NCBI GenBank assembly: GCA_000004985.1 | Contig: GG738906.1 | From: Naegleria gruberi | Taxonomy: Eukaryota | Length of the DNA: 64,000 nt | Strand: one strand, 5' to 3' | Part shown: positions 11,962 through 23,006 of the stretch, piece after piece | Layout of the letters: each line of letters opens with the position of its first letter | How positions within the stretch are numbered: the first letter of the stretch is position 1 | Notes under the pieces: model-generated | Told to the model about the DNA's origin: nothing | The model's database searches: none | What the model saw: the letters and a program-made list of their open reading frames with translations, nothing else | Made by a program: the position numbers and the translations under genes

Positions 11962-12727
11962 ATGTCAGACTTGTCCTGGGAAGACGCTGAAATTGATGAT
12001 AAACCATTCTCATCTACACAAACAACAGCAGGTGATGATGATTGGGAAGACTTTGACCTTGATGCTGTTGAAAAGAAGCAACAAGAAGAGTTGAAGAAAA
12101 AGCAAGAACAACTTGCTGAAGCAGAAAGACAAGAAAAGTTGAAAAAACAACAACAAAAAGAACAAAAGTCAAACAAGAAGGCTGAAACTAGAACAACCTC
12201 TTCAGGAAACGCACCAACAGGTGATAAGAAGGTAGAAGGCATGTATTTGGATTATATGGAAAAGAAAACATCATATGACGAAGCTGAGGCTTTAATTGGA
12301 GGTGCTGGATCTGAATTTGCTAAACCAAAAATTGACTTGTTATCTCCTAAAACAGAGAAGGAATTTAACGAGTTTGGTGTTCTTGTTGCTGATAAGTTAT
12401 TGGAATTTGAAGTAAGTTTTATGACGGGATAATGTTTAACAACTTGATAATGTTTAGGATAGTAAATTCTACTTGGATTTGGTCAAGAGAATTGTAGAAG
12501 AAGCCACTATTAATTGGGATAGTGCTCAACTTAGAGAATTGACTAAACACGTCACCAATGTTTCAAATAAGAGAATGGAAGAAGAAAAGGAAAGAAAGGC
12601 AGGTGGTAAGAAAAAGAAAAAGACTGTGAACATTGAGAGAGATCTCAGTGCTAGTGCTGATCCATTTTCTGATTTAGGTGATGGAACAGGTGGACGTACT
12701 AAGTATGATGATGATGATTTTATGTAA
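11962..12727 (+). CDS. EIF3J: Translation initiation factor eIF3 subunit j. Exons 11962..12411 and 12458..12727 (intron GTAAGT…TGTTTAG)
   Basis: Acidic, W-containing N-terminus (MSDLSWEDAEIDD…DDDWEDFDLD), a K/E-rich coiled segment, and the conserved C-terminal tail …GGRTKYDDDDFM (human eIF3j ends …YEDFM). Confidence 0.75.
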
Positions 12728-12858
12728 ACGTGTAAAGTTATTGAGTTTTGAGTTCTTTGAAAAAGTTGAGTTATTATTTTTCCGAGTTAAATAACGAAGA
12801 AGATGAACCAATAAAAAAGTAGATTAAAACTTTTACCGCCAATTAAATTTAAAAAAAA

Positions 12859-15800
12859 ATGAGAAGAAGAATTAACAAGAACCAACAACAACCCCGAACA
12901 AACAAGAAGAGGGAATTATCGGAAAGTGAATCAGAGACTTCTGATGACGATTCTTCAAATTATGATCAATTGGAATCACTGTTGAAAAAACAAAAAAATA
13001 TTAATGAAAATTTCAATGATACAAACGAAGTTGACAATATCATAAAGAGAGAGAAGGGAAATTTTCTTGTTAAAGTTAGATCCAAATCATATTGGGACAC
13101 TGTATGGATGTCAAGAGAGGAGTTGAATAGAAAGGCTACCTTTAAATTGCTCTGGTTTGAAAATAATTATGGAACTAATAGTAGCGTTAATCTTTTAAAT
13201 AATGATTGGACCAAGATTGACTATCTTCTCGATGAACCAAAACCAGGTCAATATCTTGTCAAGTGGAGAGGGTTGCCAATATCAGAGAGCACTTTGGAAA
13301 CTAAATCTAAGATTATTTCAAATACATCAAACATTGAGTTTGAAAAACACTATTCACACTTTAAGAATAGAAAGAGCTTTAAATGTCCTACAAATGATGA
13401 AATTGAAAAAATTAGAATTGGGTTTCAATATGATTCCATGACTCTCACTAATCCTCATACTGAATTGATGAGTTACCAAAAACAAGCTGTAGAATGGTTG
13501 ATTTCGTCTTGGAAGAAACATGATAATTGTGTTCTTTCGGGTAAGTAGTCGATGTATTAAGATTATTTATTTAACTTGTTATTAGATGAGCCTGGTCTTG
13601 GAAAAACCGTACAGACCATTTCATTTCTTTCCATTATGAAAAGATATCTCAGTGGCCCATTTCTTATTGTTACCCCTCCTCAAAGATTACCGTTTTGGAA
13701 TTCTCAATTAGAAGTTTGGGCACCAGAATTAGTAACAGCTACATTTATTGGATCTAATCAAGATAAGCAAATGATCAAAAGACATTTAATCCAAGATAAG
13801 AATAATTTTTATTCGAATGTAATACTTACAACATTTGATTCCATGATATTGGATGAGAGTTGGTTCAAATTACATAATTGGCCCATTATTGTATTGGACC
13901 AAGCTCACAAAATTAGAAATTCAAAAACCAAATCCTTTTCTCTTATGAAAAGGCTTCAATATAATTTTCTCTTACTAGTCAGTGAAAACATTTACACTGG
14001 TACAACACATGATGAATACAAAGAAATACTTGATTTAGCAAGGATATCACCAAATTCAATATTGAGAAGAGAGAAGAACAATCTTAAAGATGTATTTAAA
14101 CCAAAATCTGATTTAATAATTGAAATACCTCTATCACCTTTACAAAAAAATTATTTGGCAAAGATTTTCAGACAAAATTCTTCAGTTTTATGTCAAGTAT
14201 TTGATGAGAAAAACTATTCAAAAGAGAATAAGGACAGATTAATAAGAGCATATCAACAATTATCTAATGCTTGCAATCATCCATATTTGAATATTGCGAG
14301 TGAAGATGAGCCTCAAAGACATGATCCAGTAGCATACTTTAATACTTATTTACAGGCATCTCCAAAATTATTGGTTTTGGAACGTTTGTTGGAAAAATTC
14401 TCCCAACAAAATGTGATTATTTTCAGTTCTTTTCCATGTATTATTGAGGAAATGCTAATACAACAAAAGAAAAATTACTCAATTATTACCAGTGAAAATG
14501 TAAATAATGTAACAACTGAAAAAATTGTTCTCATCTACCACAAAACAAGGCTTATTCCTGTCAAGTTTAACCACTTTGATTATATTATCATGTTTGATTC
14601 AGATTGGAATCCTACTCTTGACAATAGTCAAATTGAACGGTTCTTCACAATAGGTAAGGATACCAAAGTAATTAGATTGATGTGTGCAAAGGAATTGGAG
14701 AGGTTTCAACTCGAATTATCAGAAAAGGATAACTTGAAAGGATTTTTTAATAAGAGAATTAATGATCTCGATAAAGCCTTTAGGTCTATTGCTAAGGAAC
14801 TTTTACTAGGTGAGCAAGACCAATTAAATGCTCTTAATGATGCTTCTAGACTGGAATTGTCCAATCAAGATATTGAAAATATGCTTTCTAAAGGGTTACA
14901 ATCAGTGGAAAAAGATTCAACAGTAACAACAAATATTACTACTTCCAATAGATATTGGTGTCATGTTTTTGGTATCCCAAGTACAAATCAAATTGTAGAT
15001 ATTAGCACTCAAAATGATGTTTTGTATATTCCTACCATGAATTCTTTCTTGAATTATGATATTCATTTAGAAGAAAAAAAGGATGACTTTGAAGAATATT
15101 CGAGTGAATATCAAAGTATGAATATTGCATTAGAACTTTCCAATACAGTCGAATCCCTTGTGGTTGATGTTGAAAATATCAAAAAAGCACTTGAAAAAAC
15201 AGCCGACAAGGAAAAGAGAAGGAATCTAGTTGATGTTTTGCGAAAGAAAGAATTCAAGATTGAAGAAGAATCTATTCGTTTAAGAATTTATAGTCGGCAA
15301 ATGAAAAATTCAAACATTAGAATAATATCTCCAACTAATGTGCTTGTAAAGGGGTTTACAAGAAAAGAAAGGTTAGTATTTTATCAAACCATACTTAGAT
15401 ATGGTTTAGGAATAGGATCCACCCAAGATGGAAAATGGCAACAGTTTTACTCTATCATTAATCCAAAATTGAGAGGAAAGTCGATTCAGGAAATTAAGGA
15501 ATTTGGTGCTTTTATTTTGGATCACTTATCAGAGCAAGTAGATCAAAATTATTCACACTACTCAGATGGAACACCTACAGATTCTATCAATGGCACCAAG
15601 ATTTTACAACGAATTGGTTCTATGTTTTTAGTACATTCCATTGTTGAAAAGTATTCCCAATTTCCTATTGAAACTAATTTTGATATTAGTTTTGTAGAGT
15701 CAGTTTTGGAACTCAACGAAAGAAGTACTGATTTTTTTGAGATGGAGAAACCAACTACTGATTGGAAATTGGTTCATGATTTGATAGTGTTGAGAGGATG

Positions 15801-16005
15801 TACCAAGTACGGATTTGCTAGGTGGGATCAAATTCTTCAAGATGATACTTTTGAATTTACAACATTGAAAACCATAATTTCAAGTTTATTCCAAAACTCT
15901 AAAAAGATGAAAATAGATTTTCTAAATAATAGATTAATCAAATTGTTAGAATGCTTGAGCGCAGAGTTTGCAAAACAGAAAAATAAACTTTCAATAATAG
16001 ATTAA
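12859..16005 (+). CDS. Chromodomain + SNF2-family (CHD-like) remodeller paralogue with degenerate ATPase motifs. Exons 12859..13540 and 13586..16005 (phase-1 intron GTAAGTAG…TATTAG)
   Basis: Chromo-like segments FLVKVRSKSYWDTVWMSREEL and YLVKWRGLPISESTLE. SNF2 motif I is LSDEPGLGKTVQTISFL and motif Ia is LIVTPPQRLPFWNSQLEVWAP. Motif II reads VLDQAHKIRN (DEAH→DQAH). In the helicase-C region, IIMFDSDWNPTLDNSQIERFFTIGKD replaces QAxxRAHRIGQ. Confidence 0.75.
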
Positions 16006-16078
16006 ACAAATTTTTTGAACAAGCTCAATAAATTTCCAATTAACATGCTTGCTACAGGTTAAAACAATTTTAGAAAAA

Positions 16079-16453
16079 ATGTCATCGGTAGGTGCTCTTC
16101 TTTTTATTTTATATTAAATATTGGTGATCATCAATTTTACTTTGTTGTGCGAATAGTTTTTAGAAAGACTTATTAATCCAAAACCTTTTCTCAATGACAA
16201 CATCGGAAAAGCTGTAGTAGTTAAACTTAAATGGGGAATGGAATATAAAGGTTTATTAAAATCTGTTGATGATTACATGAATTTCCAATTGGCAAATACT
16301 GAAGAGTGGATAGAAGGAAAATTTAAAGGAAATTTAGGAGATGTATTGATACGATGCAATAATGTAATGTATCTTCGTCAAGTTGATGAAGAAATAGAAA
16401 AAGAATATACACAAAGTGGGGCTTCTACTGAAGATGTAAAAATGGAACAATAA
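16079..16453 (+). CDS. LSM6: Sm-like protein LSm6. Exons 16079..16087 (a 9-nt ATG exon) and 16157..16453
   Basis: Exon 2 encodes …[66 protein letters not shown], which aligns to human LSM6 (…PVVVKLNSGVDYRGVLACLDGYMNIALEQTEEYVNGQLKNKYGDAFIRGNNVLYI). The Sm fold begins upstream of the ORF-track Met, so there must be a 5' exon. I propose ATGTCATCG|GTAGGT…GAATAG|, which carries lower confidence. Confidence 0.7.
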
Positions 16454-16670
16454 TGAAGAGAATACAAATTTTGGAGTTTTATTTTGGAGTTTAATGTTTG
16501 TCTAAGTAGAAAGCTTTGATCACAAAAACACCTAGGAAAAAGTTTTAGAATAAAGACTAATTGTTTGCTCTCTAATAACAGGGTTAATTTCCGGTAGAAA
16601 CATTGATGGTATTCAAAAAGTCAAACAATATTCAAATGTCATCAATCCATAAAAAAATCAGATCAAAACA

Positions 16671-17610
16671 ATGCCAAGTAACGAGACAGAAATCAAATGT
16701 GTTGTTGTTGGAGACGGAGCTGTTGGTAGGTTTTGTTGAACTGCTTTTTGCAAATAGATGATCATCTAAAATATTAAATTAACCGATATCAAGGTAAAAC
16801 ATGTCTTGTAGGTTTAACTTTTAGAAAATATGCATGGATTTGAGCAATATTGTTTAATTATTGATCCGAAGGTTAAAGTTTATGTCGACAATAAATTTCC
16901 AGAAGGATATGTTCCAACTGTATTCGAAAATACATACCTCATTAAGGAGTATAGAGGACTGAGAGTAAATTTAGGAATTTGGGATACAGGTAAGTGTTTT
17001 AATTAATCAATAGAGTGAGAAATAATGACATATCCTACAGCTGGACAAGAAGATTAGTATGTTTTTATTTGAAATTGAATCTCTTACCATTTTCTTTGTA
17101 GTGGTAGGTTTCTAAATTTACAAACAATTAATCTTCAAATCAGATCGATTGAGACCTCTATCGTATCCAGGAGCTAATATAATTGTATTATGTTTGAGTA
17201 TAGTTGGTATCAAACCATTCGATAATATCAATTACAAGTACGTAAATTTCTTTTTAAAATGAATTTTTAATGAAAATTACAGATGGTTACCTGAAGTTCG
17301 TCATCATTGCCCAAATATTCCATATGTTATAGCAGCAACAAAATCAGATCTTCGAGAAGACCCACAATCTTTAAAGGAATTATCAAATAAGGGTTTACAA
17401 CCAGTTACAACAGAGCAAGTTAAGGAATTTTCAGATGAAATTAAGGCGTTTGGATACCAAGAATGCTCAAGCAGATTGAATAAGGGTGTAAATGAACTCT
17501 TTGAATTAGTAATGAAAGCTGTACTATTTCCAAATGAAGGGGCCAACTCAAAAGCTTCATCTTCAGCTTCATCTGCAGACGCAAAGAAGAAGAATTGTCT
17601 TTTAATGTAA
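16671..17610 (+). CDS. Rho-family small GTPase with a C-terminal CAAX box (CLLM); at least 7 exons: 16671..16725, 16794..16807, 16872..16989, 17041..17056, [17102..17103], 17144..17237, 17283..17610
   Basis: Joined product: [65 protein letters not shown]|QED(Y)|DRLRPLSYPGANIIVLCLSIVGIKPFDNINYK|WLPEVRHHCPNIPYVIAATKSDLRED…KKKNCLLM. This is collinear with RhoA ([26 protein letters not shown]…WDTAGQEDYDRLRPLSYP…KWTPEVKHFCPN). Donors are GTAGGT, GTAAGT, GTATGT and GTACGT. Confidence 0.75.
17102..17103 (+). other. Candidate 2-nt micro-exon (TG) of the Rho GTPase gene, lying between acceptor CTTACCATTTTCTTTGTAG| and donor |GTAGGT
   Basis: Exon 4 must end in phase 2 (…GAA GAT TA|GTATGT). The DRLRPLSYP exon, after the only available acceptor CAAATCAG|, starts in phase 1 (|AT CGA TTG…). 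Only a TG micro-exon restores TA+T (Tyr) and G+AT (Asp) to give the conserved QEDYDRLRP. Confidence 0.35.
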
Positions 17611-17908
17611 AAAGTTGTAGTTTATGTTATAACAAATTTCTTATTTGAATGTGCTTGTACAAAATTATTTAATATGAAATTAATAATTTAAAATTTGTAA
17701 AAATTACGATATTATCACATTATAATTTCTCTCAAAAGGAGATATGAATTTGTTGAAAGAGATACACTCTGGCTGCTAGACAATAAGCTCTCCTTATCAC
17801 CAAAGAAGTAATCGCCATGCCTTTAATTAATTAAAAAAAATTGAATGAAGGCAACCCTGTGGAAGGTTGATTGTTTTTTATTGTAGATTTAAAATCGTAG
17901 ATTATCAA

Positions 17909-17917
17909 GGGCGGGCA
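17909..17917. promoter_or_regulatory. GC-box-like element GGGCGGGCA, ~90 bp upstream of the 18009 gene
   Basis: An isolated G+C-rich 9-mer in A+T-rich intergenic DNA. The same core recurs at 32968..32976 and, reverse-complemented, at 59826..59832, each 90–340 bp upstream of a start codon. Confidence 0.3.
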
Positions 17918-18008
17918 CTATAGTGAACAATAAAAACACATCCAACAAAGTAGTAATATAATACTTTAAGAGAGGATTTGAGGAAACAACTAAAATATTG
18001 AATTTAAA

Positions 18009-19520
18009 ATGTCTGATACAGGATTAAATGTAGATTTGGCTCAAAGTATGATGATTTCTCCCCAATCAATAGTTGTTGCGAACAATAATCATCACGGAAG
18101 CATTGTTAGTGGAGCAGGGAGAAGTTATAACACAAGGAGAATTCCTCAAACAATTGCAGGAGGAAACCCTAGCAATAATGGAGGTGGAAACACCTTTTTG
18201 ACAGAAGTTGCAACCAACGACCATTACGACACTAGAATAGTATACCCAAATGTTGCAGAGACACCTCATCCTGCTATTACTAAGGGAAAGTCATACCATG
18301 CACCGGTTCAAGAGCTTGGATCCCAACTTTACGCTCTTCATAAGAAACAACAACAAATTTTACGTAAAATTAACGATCAGAGGCAAACAATACATCAACC
18401 AATAGTTGTTCATGGTTATAAGGACTCTCAATTTAATAATGGAATTAGAAAATTACCTCCACCACAAAAAAAGGATGCCTACTATCCTCTTAAAAAATTG
18501 AATAAGAGGAAACAGATTGAGGAGTTGGCAGCAGAACTATCTAAAAAAGATAATTTTGGTCACTCCTTTTCCAAACACTCTGTTGATGATGACACACTCT
18601 CTGTAAGATCAAGGAGATCTACAAAGTCAAGAAGTCTACCACCAATATCAACAAGATCAGAGAACAGTGATGCCATAAGCCAGGCATTCAGTGATCTCAA
18701 TCCTGATAGGGATTATCACGATGACAAAATTTCTCAATTTTCCTCAACATCTAAGAATTCAAGAAAAAGTAGAAAGGGTGAGTCAGAGGTTTCATTTTCT
18801 ATTGGAAGTGATGCAGAGAGTGATCGTATTAGACAATTAGAGGAGAGTTTGAAACAGGAGGAGAGCTCAAGACAAACCTTCCTCAAGGTTCTCGATGACA
18901 TTCAGAAAAAGCAGGAATATTTATTGAGCAAACTTTCTCCAGATGACAGAAAACAATTTGAAAACCTCTATGGCGCGTCATCTCTTGTTGCAAGCTTAAT
19001 GCCTTCCAAGGATACTGATTCAGTTTCACATCTTTCTACTAAAGATGTAGATGCACTCTCAACTAGGGAGCACTTACCAAAACTCGACAATCAACCCCCT
19101 TCTCAAAAGGGGCCCAAAAGTGTCTTCTCTGCCGCTCCTTCACAACACTCCCAAGTATCGAGACACTCCTACCATTCACAACAATCTCAACAATCAAACA
19201 TATCAAAATCAGCTAGTCAATACTCCTATCAATCCAGAAATTCAAATACTTCTCACACCTCTGGAAAAACCACAACATCTCAAATATCGACCATTAAGAA
19301 AATGATTAAGGAAATGTTCCATACTATTGTTAGTACAGAATCAATTGTGACTCTGGATCAGTCAACTCAGTTAGCTAAACTCTTAGAAAAATATCCTGAT
19401 GTTTTGAATGAAGAAGACAAACAGAGGTTTTATGCAAAGCACAATGACCCAAGATTTAATGGCGCCAGCTATAGGTCATTAAACACTAAGGATCATTTTG
19501 GAAGGGTTGTGTTTTATTAA
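18009..19520 (+). CDS. Hypothetical S/Q/N-rich protein (503 aa) with a central coiled-coil-like segment
   Basis: Long single ORF with typical codon usage. Low-complexity Ser/Gln tracts and an EESLKQEESSRQTFLKVLDDIQKKQEYLLSKL heptad-like region. No recognisable domain. Confidence 0.45.
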   Translation: MSDTGLNVDLAQSMMISPQSIVVANNNHHGSIVSGAGRSYNTRRIPQTIAGGNPSNNGGGNTFLTEVATNDHYDTRIVYPNVAETPHPAITKGKSYHAPVQELGSQLYALHKKQQQILRKINDQRQTIHQPIVVHGYKDSQFNNGIRKLPPPQKKDAYYPLKKLNKRKQIEELAAELSKKDNFGHSFSKHSVDDDTLSVRSRRSTKSRSLPPISTRSENSDAISQAFSDLNPDRDYHDDKISQFSSTSKNSRKSRKGESEVSFSIGSDAESDRIRQLEESLKQEESSRQTFLKVLDDIQKKQEYLLSKLSPDDRKQFENLYGASSLVASLMPSKDTDSVSHLSTKDVDALSTREHLPKLDNQPPSQKGPKSVFSAAPSQHSQVSRHSYHSQQSQQSNISKSASQYSYQSRNSNTSHTSGKTTTSQISTIKKMIKEMFHTIVSTESIVTLDQSTQLAKLLEKYPDVLNEEDKQRFYAKHNDPRFNGASYRSLNTKDHFGRVVFY

Positions 19521-19563
19521 AATTACTAATAAACTTGTAAATGTTAAAATACATGACAAGGAC

Positions 19564-22500
19564 TTAATTATTAGAATGTTGAAATTGTTGATTGAATTCT
19601 TCTTCTTGTAAATCAATGTTAGTGGGAGAATTACTACTAATTGCCAGGTCAGATAGGGCAGAAAAAGAAGATGACTCAGAAACTCTAAATTCCTTATTAT
19701 CTGCAAGTGTGGACTGTTCTTTGATTTCTGGTGGTGCTTTCTTTTTGATGGCAAGATCCATCTCTTTTTTGATTTCGTTTAGAATGAAATTCTTTTCTTC
19801 CACAACATACTTGTCCTCTGAATATTTGATTGAGAAGAAGGGATCATTTAGTATTTGAGCAGCTGTTGGTCTCTTGGATGGATTCAAGTTAAAACAATGT
19901 CGAATGATTAATTTTAACTCTTCTCTACATTCTGGAATATAATTTACAAGAGAATTGGCATTCTCCAACATGTATTCAACTTGTTCTCGTGTTGATTTTT
20001 TCACCAATCCTCCACTTAATTCCCAAGGATTGTATCCAGTAATCATCTCACAAAGGGTACACCCAAAGCTCCAAATATCTGAAGCTGCAGCATTTCTTTT
20101 TGCCTTGTAAGGTTTTGATGAGCTAGGATTTGCGTAGTAGTGATTGATAATTTCAGGTGCCCTTAATATATTCAATTAAAACGTTTAATACTTATTTCAA
20201 TATAATAACTCAAATTTGAACTTACATGAACATTAGTGTTCCACCAATAGGTTCATCAGTATCCTCTGGAATATTTGAGGATGGTAATTCATCTTTCAAT
20301 TGAATACTTTCCCCAAAATCACTCAATACTACATTATCCTCATCTTTGAGTAGAATATTTGAACATTTAATGTCTCTGTGAATAATAGCTTTTCTCTGAT
20401 GATTAGATTCATGCAAATATGCCAATGCAGACAAAATTTGAACAGAGTATTTTTGAATGAGGAAATAACTCAACTTTGGATACTTAAAACCAAAATAACT
20501 TCTCTCAGATTTCATTATTTTCTGAAGCATACTCTTAACACTTCCCCCTCCCATGTACTCCATTTTTATATAGTAATTGGATCCAGAATAACTCGTTGAT
20601 AAATACTTGATAATGTGAGGATGATCTAATTTTTGAACCAAGTCAACTTCTTGTTCAATCTTTTTGATGGGAATCTTTTTGAGGTCAAGTTGTTTGATAG
20701 CAACAAAATTATATGGTGCCACTCTGTCAATTCTATTCAAATATATTTGAATACATTATTGTAAAATGTAATCAAAATGAATGAGATAGTGAGAATACTT
20801 ACGCTAATTGAACAACACCAAAAGTTCCCTCTCCCAAACCATGAACATACATCCAGTCTGTCTCATTATAAATCAATTCTACTTCAAATTCATCTTTTTG
20901 AACAGCATTTGAGAAGAAGTAATTTAACATTTTTTCCATATCCTCTGAGGTATGTACATTGATTTTCTGATCACCCATTTCATATATTAAACTTAATTCA
21001 TTATTGTGAATCATTCTGTTAGTATTGCTGAAAAAATTTTCTTTCAATCCATTCAATAAGGTTTCAAATCGTGTGGTGTTTGTAATATCCATCTTGATTA
21101 ATTTAGAGCTATGTTTAACAATTAATTGTCTCTTGTTAATATTCTTTAGTAATTTATCACAATAATCGTAGAGTGGTGATACTAGATCAATCTTATCAGG
21201 AAATTCCTGATGTAGGTCGAGTGGATTAAGATTAAATTGTTGAATTAATAATTTCAAGAATGGCTTGCATGATAATTCAAAAAATTTTACCCCTAAAAAA
21301 AGTATAAATTTTCTGAAATGACTTTCCAAATGGTGTACACTTATTTCTTCTTTCAATTCAGTCCTTTTAAAATGTATATATGCTGTTAGATCCATCATGT
21401 CATATTCTGAAGGTTCAATAGAAGGATCAGATATTATAGTGATCAGTTTTTCGAATTTCTCTTTGAAAATTGCTTTCAGTTTCTTATAGATGAGTGTGTC
21501 TTTTTTAGAGAACTTTTTGATAAAATCTTCCACTTCCTTCTTTTTTGCAAGACTAGCCGGGGTTTTACCATCAGAATCTTTTTTACCTTTATCTGCACAG
21601 TGTGTTAGGAGACTTTTGACAATTTCTAAATCTCCCTTCTCAGAAGATATGTGAAGTGGTGTTCTGCCCTTCTAAAGATGAAATTTAATAATTTTTACAA
21701 TAAAATCAACTAAAACTTACGCTGTCAATAACATCTGCCTTGGCACTATGTTTCAGCAATAGTTCCACAATGTGTGTAAAAGAATTCCGACAGGCTATCA
21801 ATAGTGGTGTGGTTCTATCTTTTCCATTTGACATTATGTTAACGGAAGACTTGGCTTCAAGGAGAATTTTAACAATTAGCTCATTACCATTTAAACAGGC
21901 AATATGGAGACACGTCTTGTTTCAAATTAAAGTTTGTGCAAAAGAGATGAAAACATACCAGTCCTTTCTATTTTGAAGGTTGAATACTAAGAGATTATTA
22001 ACAAACCTACATAATTCGTTTGATTGGTATTTGCTCCTCTTTCAATTAAATATTGACTAATGGAAACATCATTTCTAGAAACTGCTTCAAAGAGAGGAGT
22101 TTCATGATACTTTAATTGTAAAAATATAAAGAGAAATTAACCACATACATATCTATTTGGCTGTTGAATATTTGAATTGTAATCTTCAACAAGTAGTTTT
22201 ACAATTTTCAAATTTCTTCCTCTAACTGATAAATGAAGAGGTGTTCCATCATACTGAGGAGTCAAATTCCAAAAGATGTTATCAATTCCAATATGAATGA
22301 ATACTCACTGCTGATTCCATATCTACCCTAGCTCCATTTTCCAATAAGAATTTAGCAATTTTATAATATCCTAATCTACATGCCAACATCAGTGGTGTCT
22401 GTTAATTGTCAGGCTATTTAGCTGATCCAAAACATTCCGAAAACCTACATAAAATTCCTATTGTAGAAGAATATTATTGATCAAATTATAGTGCCACTCA

Positions 22501-22753
22501 CATACATATTCATCCTTTTTTATAAAAGTATTATCATCATATTAGAATTAATTTTGTGATGACTTACATCATCTTCATCTATGTAATTTACATCATGTGT
22601 TGCCAATCCCATATTTATAATATCATGATAGAGAGGTGATGAAGTATAAATTGTTGATGATTGTTGAGTTAAAGAAATTTCCGTCACATTGGGTTTTAAT
22701 ATTTCCCTTTTTAATGATTTTAAGTCATTGTCCCGAATGTATTTCATAATCAA
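19564..22753 (-). CDS. Ankyrin-repeat-containing Ser/Thr protein kinase. Multi-exon: 5' exon ~22570..22753, several ankyrin exons 21722..22560, exon 20803..21671, kinase exons 20226..20732 and 19564..20161
   Basis: Ankyrin exons include …TCLHIACLNGNELIVKILLEAKSSVNIMSNGKDRTTPLLIACRNSFTHIVELLLKHSAKADVIDS| and KGRTPLHISSEKGDLEIVKSLLTHCADKGKKDSDGKTPASLAKKK…. Kinase motifs are GLGEGTFGVVQLA|IDRVAPYNFVAIKQ, HRDIKCSNILL, DFGESIQ, …GGTLMFM|APEIINHYY… and DIWSFGCTLCEM. Introns 20162..20225, 20733..20802 and 21672..21721 are all GTAAGT…AG. Confidence 0.75.
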
Positions 22754-23006
22754 TGATTTCTATCCTAAAGTAAATTATTTCCATTAATCGGAATCAACCT
22801 ACACTTTTCCCCATTTTTTTAAAATGAAAGTTTGAGAAGTGGTTGATCTTCCTTCTTTATTAGGATCACTTTTGAAAGAATCAAGAGAATCAAAGAACAA
22901 TTCCTTTTAAACAAAAATTAAAATCTATTAAAAAGAAAACGGACAGTAAAAATTAATAAGGAAATTGAAAATATTTACGACCGTTTAAAACAACATTAAA
23001 AAAAAA

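Noticed and set aside
16478-16503. Imperfect 12–13-bp tandem duplication TTTTGGAGTTTTA/TTTTGGAGTTTAA downstream of LSm6
   Set aside because: A single duplication in a 3'UTR or intergenic region. It is too short and isolated to call a repeat family or regulatory element.
17304-17546. 80-aa minus-strand ORF inside the Rho GTPase locus
   Set aside because: It is antisense to the conserved last exon (WLPEVRHHCPN…CLLM) of the Rho gene and has no motif support.
19479-19858. Short ORFs 19479..19754 (-) and 19592..19858 (+) at the 3' ends of the S-rich protein gene and the kinase gene
   Set aside because: They overlap the well-supported last kinase exon (19564..20161) and its antisense. Composition is non-genic.
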